Origin: Ktedonobacterales bacterium
Lineage (GTDB): Bacteria; Chloroflexota; Ktedonobacteria; Ktedonobacterales; JADMIN01
DNA length: 64,000 nucleotides
Direction of reading: 5' to 3'
NCBI GenBank assembly: GCA_036391685.1
Contig: DASVZK010000033.1
Coordinates: 22,701 to 86,700, forward strand
The notes below the pieces were generated by a model. It had not been told where the DNA came from, did no database searches, and worked only from the letters and a program-made list of their open reading frames with translations. Both the position numbers and the translations under genes were made by a program. Each line of letters begins with the position of its first letter. Position 1 is the stretch's first letter. Below, one piece after another: positions 27,214 through 36,544 of the stretch.

Positions 27214-28098
27214 TCAGCAGGAGAACGTGACCGCCTGACTTCCCTGGCTAGCGGTCTGATCGCTGGCGCCATGTGGCGTGAACGTCACTACGACCGCTGG
27301 ATGAGCGGATGTTGGATGGAAGACGCCACTCACCGTCACCGTTTGTTGCTGGCCCGCGCCGAGCGCCCCGCTCGCGGGCGAGATGGTCACGGGTGTCGCT
27401 GGGTCCGCCTGGGCTGACCAGACGAGCGTGCCGCCACCACTGGTGGCGATGGTCACGAGCGGATAGGTCCCGCGAAGGCAGTCAGTCGCTGGAGCGCTGG
27501 CCTCGGTGATCGTGAGCTGTGGCGCGGCGCCTGTCTGCCCTGCGACCGGAGCGGTGGCGGATGAGATCGCGGTCAACACGACCAAAGTGGCGACAATGGC
27601 GCCCATGGCGATGCGCAACGGCAGGCGCCTGCTCCAGTACAGGTCGATTGCCAGCGTCGCGAGCGAAACAGCCGTGATTGCCAATGTCACAGACCACGCG
27701 GTCAGCCACCAGTGACCGCCGGCCTGAGCGGAGACGCTATGAGACGCGGTGGTCTTGCCAAGCTCTATCACGGTATCCGCGTTCCAGAGGTTTTCGAGCA
27801 GCGCCCCACAGATGAATGCGGCCGCCAGCGTGAGTAGCAGGAGCCACAGGCCGGCGCGGTCGCTCTCGCGGCTGCGCGCCAGCCGCAGCGCCCGAACCAG
27901 CGCGATAATCGCCGCGCCAATACCCACAATCGCGAGCAACGCGCCCGGGATTCCCGTGATAAACGGGTTGTAGCCACAGGATGGGCACGCGATCCCGCGC
28001 GCGATAATCCACCACGCCAAGCCGAGACTAAGAACGGCGATGATGGACCACATTGCAGCCCTGCGGTCAGGCGATCGGTGTATCTGTTGGCGCCGCAT
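27214..28098 (-). CDS. polytopic membrane protein with C-terminal Ig-like domain (paralog of 29664-30533)
   Basis: 294 aa. It shares CPxCG/CPGSG, the RRLPLR(I/L)A TM segment, and a C-terminal domain (...TLVWSAQ...VTFSC*) with the 29664 protein. Confidence 0.65.
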   Translation of the reverse strand: MRRQQIHRSPDRRAAMWSIIAVLSLGLAWWIIARGIACPSCGYNPFITGIPGALLAIVGIGAAIIALVRALRLARSRESDRAGLWLLLLTLAAAFICGALLENLWNADTVIELGKTTASHSVSAQAGGHWWLTAWSVTLAITAVSLATLAIDLYWSRRLPLRIAMGAIVATLVVLTAISSATAPVAGQTGAAPQLTITEASAPATDCLRGTYPLVTIATSGGGTLVWSAQADPATPVTISPASGALGAGQQQTVTVSGVFHPTSAHPAVVVTFTPHGASDQTASQGSQAVTFSC

Positions 28099-28432
28099 GG
28101 TTGGCCTCGCTTTTGCGTCCCCGCGCCGCGCTGGAAACGTTACGCCTCCGTACAGTCAACACTATCATGTGATGGTATGCGCGCCAACGTTTCTTGGCTG
28201 AGCTATTCCACCGTATGCTCGGTCAAAGTCGCGATGATGGCTGGAAAGCCTGCCGATAGCATTTGGAAGCCACTGTTGGTGACCACGCGCCATGCGCCAG
28301 CTGTCTCGGCCGCCTGTGTCACTGCGCGCTGGCCGCCGCATGGCGCTGGTCGATTGAAAGGCCAGATTTGCGAAGGGAGAGCCAAGCGCGACGCCATCTT
28401 GTGGCCGCATGTTGCGCTCTCTGTCGGACTTC

Positions 28433-29449
28433 TCACTCGTTGATTTGCAGCGCGTCCACGGTGAGACGCCCGTCAACAACATCGCCGCTGAAGGTGTGCG
28501 TACCATAAGCCAGATTGGTTGTGTTGAAGACAACCACCTGGTTCTGCTGAGAGCTCGCGTACAAATCGAGCGTTGTCACAAGCGATCCATCGATATAGAT
28601 GGCCGTATGCCCATAGTCCACACCCTCGGTGGTGATGAACGTCACGCCTGTCCCCTTGAATGTGTAGGAAAAAGCGCCCCCCGCTTCCGTTGTCGTATGA
28701 GCGGTGGAATCCACATACACAGCATAAGTGGGGCCCTGGAGGGAGGTCCACGTTCCCACGTAGGAGATGCCTGGGTTGGCGTCGTCAATGGTGACTACCT
28801 GGCCTGTGGGGCCGGTGTTAACCGTCGGAGTGATGGTCGGCGTTGGCGTCCAGGTCGCTGTGGGAGCCGCGCCATGGAGCGTCTGCACGATGGAGGCGCC
28901 CTGCGGCGTCTGGCTGAGCACCCCAAGACCCAGCGCCACGAGCGCGACCGCCGAAACCGCCGCCACCCAACCCTTTGACAAGGATCCCAGCGGGTTACGC
29001 CCACCACCGAGTCCTCGGCGCACCCAGTCCATGTCGTAGTCGAATGAGTCAGCGCGAACCTGCCGCGCATTGCGGCGCGTGAGTGGGCGCAGGCTTTCGG
29101 GCAGGCGCTCGGCGGGCGGCATCTGCGCGCCGCCGACCAGCACCGGGATGACAGGGATATTCTGGCGCAGGGCCGACTCCGCCTCCAGGCGGACGTAGGA
29201 GGTATCAGGATTATTGACCTGGTTGAGCCACGACGGGCTGATGACCACAACCACCGCCCTGCACTGGCTGATGGCCTTCTCGATCTCCTGCAGGAAATCA
29301 GCGCCGGGCAGAATCGCGGTCACGTCCATGAAGATGTCGTCGCGCGCGGCGCGCTTGGTCTGGACAAGCCAGTCGCGGATGCGGCCGGAGATGTCCGCCG
29401 CATCCTCACGCCGATAGGAGATGAAGATCTTGTTGCCTTTGGCCGCCAT
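28433..29449 (-). CDS. TIR-domain transmembrane protein with extracytoplasmic beta-sandwich (CBM-like) domain
   Basis: N-terminal TIR pattern KIFISYRREDA...FMD...PG..F...I..AI..C..VVVVISP.W...Y.RLEAESAL. One TM (WVAAVSAVALVALGLGVL) and a Thr/Pro linker precede a C-terminal ~130-aa beta-rich domain. The ATG at 29449 is preceded by GGAGG. Confidence 0.8.
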   Translation of the reverse strand: MAAKGNKIFISYRREDAADISGRIRDWLVQTKRAARDDIFMDVTAILPGADFLQEIEKAISQCRAVVVVISPSWLNQVNNPDTSYVRLEAESALRQNIPVIPVLVGGAQMPPAERLPESLRPLTRRNARQVRADSFDYDMDWVRRGLGGGRNPLGSLSKGWVAAVSAVALVALGLGVLSQTPQGASIVQTLHGAAPTATWTPTPTITPTVNTGPTGQVVTIDDANPGISYVGTWTSLQGPTYAVYVDSTAHTTTEAGGAFSYTFKGTGVTFITTEGVDYGHTAIYIDGSLVTTLDLYASSQQNQVVVFNTTNLAYGTHTFSGDVVDGRLTVDALQINE

Positions 29450-29663
29450 GTTCACCCCTCCTGAAATCACGCGGCGCGCGCTCTTGCCTGGAGCGCGCTG
29501 GATTGGCTGCTTGAATACGAGTGGCGCGCTGTGCCAGGTCGGCTCTGGTGGTCGCCTGTCAGCTTGGGGGATCTCATTATTCCGGGCGCCACTTGACTAC
29601 GCACAACGACGAACCAACTAGACACGGTAGGCGCGATACACTGCGAAGGTCTACCAGGTGCCG

Positions 29664-30533
29664 TCAACATGTGATGTTGACGGTCTGGTCAAAGCCTTGT
29701 GGCACGTAGCCGGCCGATTGCGCCGAGATATCTATCCCGAAGCCGACAAAGCCGGTGTCGGTCTGGCTGAATGCGCCATGCGGTGTTATGCTTTGTCGCT
29801 GGCCGGGACCAAGCGCGCCGTTCGCCGGGGTGACGGTAATGTTGTCGGGGGCAATATTCGGCTGCGCCGTCCAGCGCAGCGCCGCGCTCCCAGTGTTGAC
29901 GAGCGTGATCGGGGGATACACGCCGTGCGCGCAATCAATCTGCGGTTTTGGAGCCAGGCTCACGTTGAGTTGCAGGGGGCCATTGTCACGCGTCTGGCCG
30001 AAAGCGAGCACGGTAAGCACAAGTGTCAGTGCGAGTAGGCCGCTGAGTGCGAGTCGCAGTGGCAAGCGCCGGTTGCGCAGTGTGGCATAGACGAGAATCG
30101 CCACAGGCAGCCCGAACAGCGCTACTATGAGGGCTGGGCCAGCGAGCGCGTATGGCTGAGGCGATTGCGCGCTGAACGAATTCGGGTTCTCGCCCGCCCA
30201 CAAAAGATAGAGATAGTACGAGCAGGCGACCGCGACAACCGGCACGAACGAGAGCAACACTACCGTCACCCAATCGCGACCTCGCGCCGCGACTCCGATG
30301 GCGAAAGCGGTGGCCACGATCGCGCAGACACCACCCACAAAGCCTGCGATCAGGAGCGCGAGCGCCAGAAGCAGCCCACATGTTGTAATACCGCTCCCCG
30401 GGCAAGAGATATTTTGTGGGTTCCAGGCCCAGATGTATGCCGCCAGAGCGAGCAAGAAGACGGTGTCCAGCCCGACAGCCCACCTGAGGAGGAGGCTTGA
30501 GGTTCTACGGCTGTTGGCGCTCTCGTGTGACAT
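29664..30533 (-). CDS. polytopic membrane protein with C-terminal Ig-like domain (paralog of 27214-28098)
   Basis: 289 aa with the same layout and conserved segments as the 27214 protein. It ends ...VNITC*. Confidence 0.65.
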   Translation of the reverse strand: MSHESANSRRTSSLLLRWAVGLDTVFLLALAAYIWAWNPQNISCPGSGITTCGLLLALALLIAGFVGGVCAIVATAFAIGVAARGRDWVTVVLLSFVPVVAVACSYYLYLLWAGENPNSFSAQSPQPYALAGPALIVALFGLPVAILVYATLRNRRLPLRLALSGLLALTLVLTVLAFGQTRDNGPLQLNVSLAPKPQIDCAHGVYPPITLVNTGSAALRWTAQPNIAPDNITVTPANGALGPGQRQSITPHGAFSQTDTGFVGFGIDISAQSAGYVPQGFDQTVNITC

Positions 30534-31009
30534 GCTCTCCTCCCCTCAATCGCGCGCCGCTGGTGGGTAGGGCCGGGCTCGACCATAGCGGTCGCCAGTG
30601 TGGCCCGCGGTCCGCTTGTTATGTAAACGTAAATGTAGAGAAAGCGTTACTCGAAATCGGAACCGCAGAAACTGGGCGCCGAGTGGGATGAGCAGGCCGA
30701 GATTGGCCAGCGGGAAGCGCGTCATTCGCCTGGTGTGTGGCGCCAAGTGAAGGGCCGTCTTCTCGGTTACAGCGTACCTTATGTCACGGCGGCGATGATG
30801 TGTCGTGCGACGCGCTTGCGCTGTGCTCCAGTTCACAGGAATGCGGGCGCGCGGTCAGTGTTTGGCGCCGCGAGTGTGAGCGCTACCTGTCACGCTGCTC
30901 TGGATGTGACCGCTGTCATACGCCAGCCGTTCGGCTGTTATGTCATGGCGCGCGGTGCGATGTTGGCCCTGGATAGCTACAGGGCATAGCTGGCGAAGGG
31001 AGAGCGGGC

Positions 31010-32294
<1,285 letters not shown>

Positions 32295-32298
32295 GTCC

Positions 32299-33321
32299 AT
32301 GACCATCGAGACGCACACCTCCGCCGTGCTGGTTCCCGCCGCGACGCCCGACGCCCTGCCGCGCTACCGCGACCTGATTGATCTGGATGACTGGTCGCCG
32401 CGCGACCTGGCCGCGCTGATCGCGCGCGCCGCCTGGTGCCGCGAGGCGTTGGCCGAGCCCAAGCGGCGCTTCGAGACGCTGCGCGGACAGACGATGGTCA
32501 CGCTTTTCTACGAGAACAGCACGCGCACACGGATTAGCTTCGAGCGCGCCGGGCGGCTGCTGGGCGCGGACGTCTTCAGCGTCGCCGCCTCATCCAGCAG
32601 CGTCACCAAAGGTGAGTCGCTGCGCGACACCATCGAGACGCTGCAGGCGCTGGGAGCGACCATCATCGCCGTGCGCTCGTCGCAGTCCGGCGCGCCAGAT
32701 GTCATCGCCCGCCATCTGCGCGGCGCGGTCCTCAACGCGGGCGACGGCTGGCGCGGCCACCCCACGCAGGCGCTGCTCGACCTGCTCACCATCACCCGCC
32801 ATATTGGCGCGCTGGAGGGCCGCCGGGTGGTCATCCTGGGGGACATCCTGCACAGCCGTGTCGCGCGCTCCAATCTGTGGTCGCTGACGGCGATGGGCGC
32901 CGAGGTGGTCCTCTGCGCGCCGCCAACACTCATGGCTCCCGAAGCGGTCGCCGCATACACTTCGCGGCCCATCCCGGAGACAGGCGCGGCGCGGCGCGTG
33001 ACCATCGAGCCGCGCATCGAGGCTGCTATGGCAGGGGCCGACGTAGTGATGGCGCTGCGGCTGCAGAAGGAGCGCCAGCAGGCGGGGCTGCTGCCTTCGA
33101 TCCGCGAGTACAGCCTGCGCTGGGGGCTGACACCCGAGCGGCTGGGGCTGGCGAAACGCGGCGCGCTCGTCCTGCATCCTGGCCCGATGAATGAGGGCGT
33201 CGAGATCACGCCAGAGGTGGCGCACGGCGCGACCTCGGTGGTCGAGGAGCAGGTGACCAACGGCGTCGCGACCCGCATGGCCACGCTGGAGATGATCGCC
33301 CGCGCACGGGGCTGGGCCTAA
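32299..33321 (+). CDS. pyrB: aspartate carbamoyltransferase catalytic subunit
   Basis: ENSTRTRISFE and HPTQALLD motifs. The ATG at 32299 lies just after the pyrR stop. Confidence 0.9.
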   Translation: MTIETHTSAVLVPAATPDALPRYRDLIDLDDWSPRDLAALIARAAWCREALAEPKRRFETLRGQTMVTLFYENSTRTRISFERAGRLLGADVFSVAASSSSVTKGESLRDTIETLQALGATIIAVRSSQSGAPDVIARHLRGAVLNAGDGWRGHPTQALLDLLTITRHIGALEGRRVVILGDILHSRVARSNLWSLTAMGAEVVLCAPPTLMAPEAVAAYTSRPIPETGAARRVTIEPRIEAAMAGADVVMALRLQKERQQAGLLPSIREYSLRWGLTPERLGLAKRGALVLHPGPMNEGVEITPEVAHGATSVVEEQVTNGVATRMATLEMIARARGWA

Positions 33322-33329
33322 CGCCACGC

Positions 33330-34802
33330 ATGAACAGGACAACACTACCAATGACCGGTACAACCGCATCATCCCAGCCGATCCTGCTGCGCGGCGCGCG
33401 TGTCGTGGACCCCGCCCGCGCGCTGGATGGCCCGGGCGCCGTGCTGATCGCTGACGGGCGCATCCTCGCCTGTGGCATGGCAGCCAGCAAGGGCGGCCCG
33501 CTTGGCCCCGACGTGACGCGCGCGCTGGCGCGACTGGAGGCCGAGGGGCAGCCCGCGCGCGTGGTGGACCTGCCGTCCGGCTGGGCTATCGCGCCGGGCT
33601 TCGTGGACCTGCACGCGCACCTGCGCGAGCCGGGGTTCGAGGCCAAGGAGACCATCGCCAGTGGCGCGGCGGCGGCGGCGCGCGGCGGCTTCACCACCAT
33701 CTGCGCCATGCCCAACACCAGCCCGGTCACCGATTCGCGCGCTGGCGTCGAATACGTCCTGCGCGCGGCAGAGGGCGCGCCCGCACGGGTACGCGTCATC
33801 GCCGCCATCTCGCAGGGTGAGCGCGGCGAGGAACTCAGCGACATGGGCGAGCTGGCCGCGGCCGGCGCAGTGGCCTTCTCAGACGATGGCCGCCCGGTAT
33901 CCAGCGCAAAAGTCATGCGCCACGCGCTGGAGTATGCCGCGCCGCTGGGTCTGCCCATCGTGGAGCACTGCCAGGACGAGGAACTGGTCGGCGAGGGCGT
34001 GATGCATGAAGGTGCCGCGGCGACGCGCCTGGGCCTCAAGGGCTGGCCAGCCGCTGGCGAGACAGTCATGCTGGCGCGTGACCTGGAACTCGTGCGGACG
34101 AGCGGCGCGCGCTACCATGCCGCGCATCTCAGCGTCGCCGGAGCGGTGGCGCTGGCGCGCGAGGCGAAGCGCGCCGGGCTGCCGGTGACCGCCGAGGTCA
34201 CGCCGCACCACCTGCTGCTGACCGATGACTGGGTGGCGGGCGAGCGTACTGGGCCGCTGGCGGACGCGCTGCGTGAAATGGGCCATGACCTGCCCGCGGG
34301 GCCGCGCTACGACACCGCCGCCAAGGTCAATCCGCCGCTGCGCACGGCCGCCGACTGCGAAGCGCTGCTGACGGGTCTGCTGGATGGGACGATCGACGCC
34401 ATCGCCACCGACCATGCGCCGCATACGCAGGTGGACAAAGACTGCGAGTTCGCCGAGGCGGCGTTTGGCATGAGCGGCTTCGAGACGGCGCTAGCCGCGC
34501 TGCTGGCGCTGGTCCACACCGGCAAGCTGCCGCTCTCCCAACTGATCGCCGCGCTGACTGTGCGCCCCGCCACCGCCTGGGGGCTGGACGCCGGGACGCT
34601 GGAGCCAGGAAAGCCAGCCGATCTGGTCATCTTCGACCCCGATGAGACATGGACGGTGGACCCGGCGCGCTTCGCCTCGCTGGGCAAGAACACCCCGCTG
34701 GCCGGGCTGACGCTGCGCGGACGCGTGCGCCAGACCTGGCTCGGCGGCGCCCTGGTCTACGACGCCGCTTCCGGGCCGGCGGCTGAGGAGACGCAGGTAT
34801 GA
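33330..34802 (+). CDS. pyrC: dihydroorotase
   Basis: DLHAHLREPG (HxH metal ligands) and ATDHAPH motifs. 490 aa. Confidence 0.9.
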   Translation: MNRTTLPMTGTTASSQPILLRGARVVDPARALDGPGAVLIADGRILACGMAASKGGPLGPDVTRALARLEAEGQPARVVDLPSGWAIAPGFVDLHAHLREPGFEAKETIASGAAAAARGGFTTICAMPNTSPVTDSRAGVEYVLRAAEGAPARVRVIAAISQGERGEELSDMGELAAAGAVAFSDDGRPVSSAKVMRHALEYAAPLGLPIVEHCQDEELVGEGVMHEGAAATRLGLKGWPAAGETVMLARDLELVRTSGARYHAAHLSVAGAVALAREAKRAGLPVTAEVTPHHLLLTDDWVAGERTGPLADALREMGHDLPAGPRYDTAAKVNPPLRTAADCEALLTGLLDGTIDAIATDHAPHTQVDKDCEFAEAAFGMSGFETALAALLALVHTGKLPLSQLIAALTVRPATAWGLDAGTLEPGKPADLVIFDPDETWTVDPARFASLGKNTPLAGLTLRGRVRQTWLGGALVYDAASGPAAEETQV

Positions 34803-36025
34803 CCGCCAGCATGGCGCGCGACGAGGCCGGGAAGATGCGTGTGCTGGTGAGGAACAGGAAAGGAGCGAGCGGCGTGGATGAGGCGAGCGAGTTGACCGCC
34901 GCGTTGGTCCTGGAGGACGGCGCCATCTTCACCGGCAAACCGTTTGGCGCGGTGGAGGCGCTGGCGAAGGGGCGCCGCGGCGAGGTGGTCTTCTGCACCG
35001 CGATGACGGGCTATCAGGAGATCTGCACCGATCCCTCCTATCGCGGCCAGATGGTGACGATGACCTACCCCCTCATCGGCAACTATGGCATCGCTGACGA
35101 GGATGTAGAGTCGCGGCGGCCGTGGCTCTCGGCCCTGATCGTGCGCGAGTGGTGCGATGAGTACAGCAACTGGCGCGGCGGCCAGAGCGTGGACGATTAC
35201 CTGCGGCGCTACGGCATCCCTGGCCTGCATGAGGTGGACACCCGCGCGCTGACGCGGCACCTGCGCGAGGCGGGAAGCCTCCGCGGCGTCATCCACACCT
35301 TCGCCGCGGGCCAAACGCCCGATCTGGCCGCGCTGACCGCCGAGGCGCGCACGGTCAAATCGGTCTCGGATATTGATGTCGTCGCCGAGGTTTCGATTGA
35401 TGACCTCGCTCCCTGGGAGACACGGCCCTCCACGCCGGGCGCGCCGCGTGTCCTGCTGGTCGATACCGGCTTCAAGCGCAATATCGCCCGCCAGCTGACC
35501 GCGCATGGCATGGAGGTGGTTGTCGCGCCGCACACCGTCGATATGAGCGTCATTCGCAAGGTGCAGCCTGACGGCGTGCTGCTCTCCAACGGCCCCGGCG
35601 ACCCGGAGCGTGTGGAGGCGCTCATCGCGCTGACCAAGGCGCTGATCTACGAGGAGCGCATCCCGATGATGGGCATCTGCCTGGGCCACCAGATCATTGG
35701 CCTGGCGGCGGGCGCGCAGACCGGGCGGCTGCTCTTCGGTCACCACGGCGCAAACCATCCTGTGCGCGATGTGCGCGACGGCCGCGTGACGGTGACCTCG
35801 CAGAACCACAACTTCCAGGTACTGGCGGAGACGCTGCCAGCGGAGAGCGGCTTCAGTGTCAGCCACATCAATCTGTCGGATGGCAGCGTCGAGGGGTTGG
35901 CGCATGAGTCGCTGCCGGTCTTCTCGGTGCAATACCACCCTGAGGCGGCGCCCGGCCCGGAGGACAACCACTTCCTGTTCACCCAGTTCCGCGCGCTGAT
36001 GACCGGCGCGGAGGCGCGGCCCTAG
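34799..36025 (+). CDS. carA: carbamoyl-phosphate synthase small (glutaminase) subunit
   Basis: ATGA overlap with the pyrC stop. Catalytic Cys in MGICLGHQI and C-terminal YHPEA. The N-terminal ~30 aa are unusual, so a later start (ATG at 34835) is possible. Confidence 0.9.
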   Translation: MTASMARDEAGKMRVLVRNRKGASGVDEASELTAALVLEDGAIFTGKPFGAVEALAKGRRGEVVFCTAMTGYQEICTDPSYRGQMVTMTYPLIGNYGIADEDVESRRPWLSALIVREWCDEYSNWRGGQSVDDYLRRYGIPGLHEVDTRALTRHLREAGSLRGVIHTFAAGQTPDLAALTAEARTVKSVSDIDVVAEVSIDDLAPWETRPSTPGAPRVLLVDTGFKRNIARQLTAHGMEVVVAPHTVDMSVIRKVQPDGVLLSNGPGDPERVEALIALTKALIYEERIPMMGICLGHQIIGLAAGAQTGRLLFGHHGANHPVRDVRDGRVTVTSQNHNFQVLAETLPAESGFSVSHINLSDGSVEGLAHESLPVFSVQYHPEAAPGPEDNHFLFTQFRALMTGAEARP

Positions 36026-36538
36026 ATGGGCGGCGTCTACGCCATCGCCCGTGTGGACGCGGCGGATTCGGCCAGCCTGGCGGCGTTCGTCGCGGTCCAC
36101 GAAGAAGCGGCGGCGTGGCTCTGGGCGCGCGGGATCGAGCAGTGGCGGCCGGGCGAGTGTACCCTGGCGACGCTGCGGCGCGAGCGCGCGGAGGGCCCCG
36201 AAGTGTATGTCGCGCGGCGCGACGGCGCGGTGGCGGGCGGTTTCACACTCCAGTGGGACGACCCGGAGAACTGGGAGGAGCAGCCGCCAGTCGCTGGCTA
36301 CCTCCACGCGCTGTGCGTGCGCCGCGCCGACGCCGGCCACGGCCTGGGCGCGATGATGCTGGACTTCGCCGGGCGGCGTGTCGCGAAGATGGGGCGCCCC
36401 TGGCTGCGACTCGACTGCTGGAAGGGAAACGCCACGTTGCGCGCCTACTACGAAGGCCTGGGTTTCAGGTATCAGGGCATCGGCGATCACGGCTGGGCGG
36501 CGCTCTACCAGCGGTCATCTATGAGCTTTCAGGAGTAA
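36026..36538 (+). CDS. GNAT-family N-acetyltransferase
   Basis: 170 aa. Acetyl-CoA-binding pattern LCVRRADAGHGLGAMML. The ATG immediately follows the carA stop, and carB starts 6 nt after its own stop. Confidence 0.75.
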   Translation: MGGVYAIARVDAADSASLAAFVAVHEEAAAWLWARGIEQWRPGECTLATLRRERAEGPEVYVARRDGAVAGGFTLQWDDPENWEEQPPVAGYLHALCVRRADAGHGLGAMMLDFAGRRVAKMGRPWLRLDCWKGNATLRAYYEGLGFRYQGIGDHGWAALYQRSSMSFQE

Positions 36539-36544
36539 CCAGAT

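Noticed and set aside
28165-28533. 122-aa and 77-aa minus-strand ORFs in the gap between the TIR gene and the 27214 paralog
   Set aside because: Third-position G/C bias is weak, there is no RBS and no motifs, and the longer ORF overlaps the TIR gene 3' end. The region is left as intergenic.
30618-30950. Recurrent GTTATGT(A/C)A motifs (30618, 30779-30791 and 30938-30950; the last two share 12 of 13 nt) in the long intergenic region upstream of the ParB/Srx-like gene
   Set aside because: The motifs are too short and too few to call an operator or repeat family. ORFs in this region (30546-30836, 30735-30989) lack coding character.
33206-34069. 287-aa minus-strand ORF and neighbours (32508-33284, 32590-33372)
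   Set aside because: They are antisense to pyrB and pyrC, which carry canonical catalytic motifs. The translations are low-complexity Ser/Ala/Arg/Pro-rich sequences.
34757-36490. 577-aa ORF on the minus strand, the longest uncalled ORF in the track
   Set aside because: It is fully antisense to carA and the GNAT gene, which have clear family motifs. Its translation is Arg/Ala/Gly/His-rich and low in complexity, typical of shadow ORFs in high-GC DNA.
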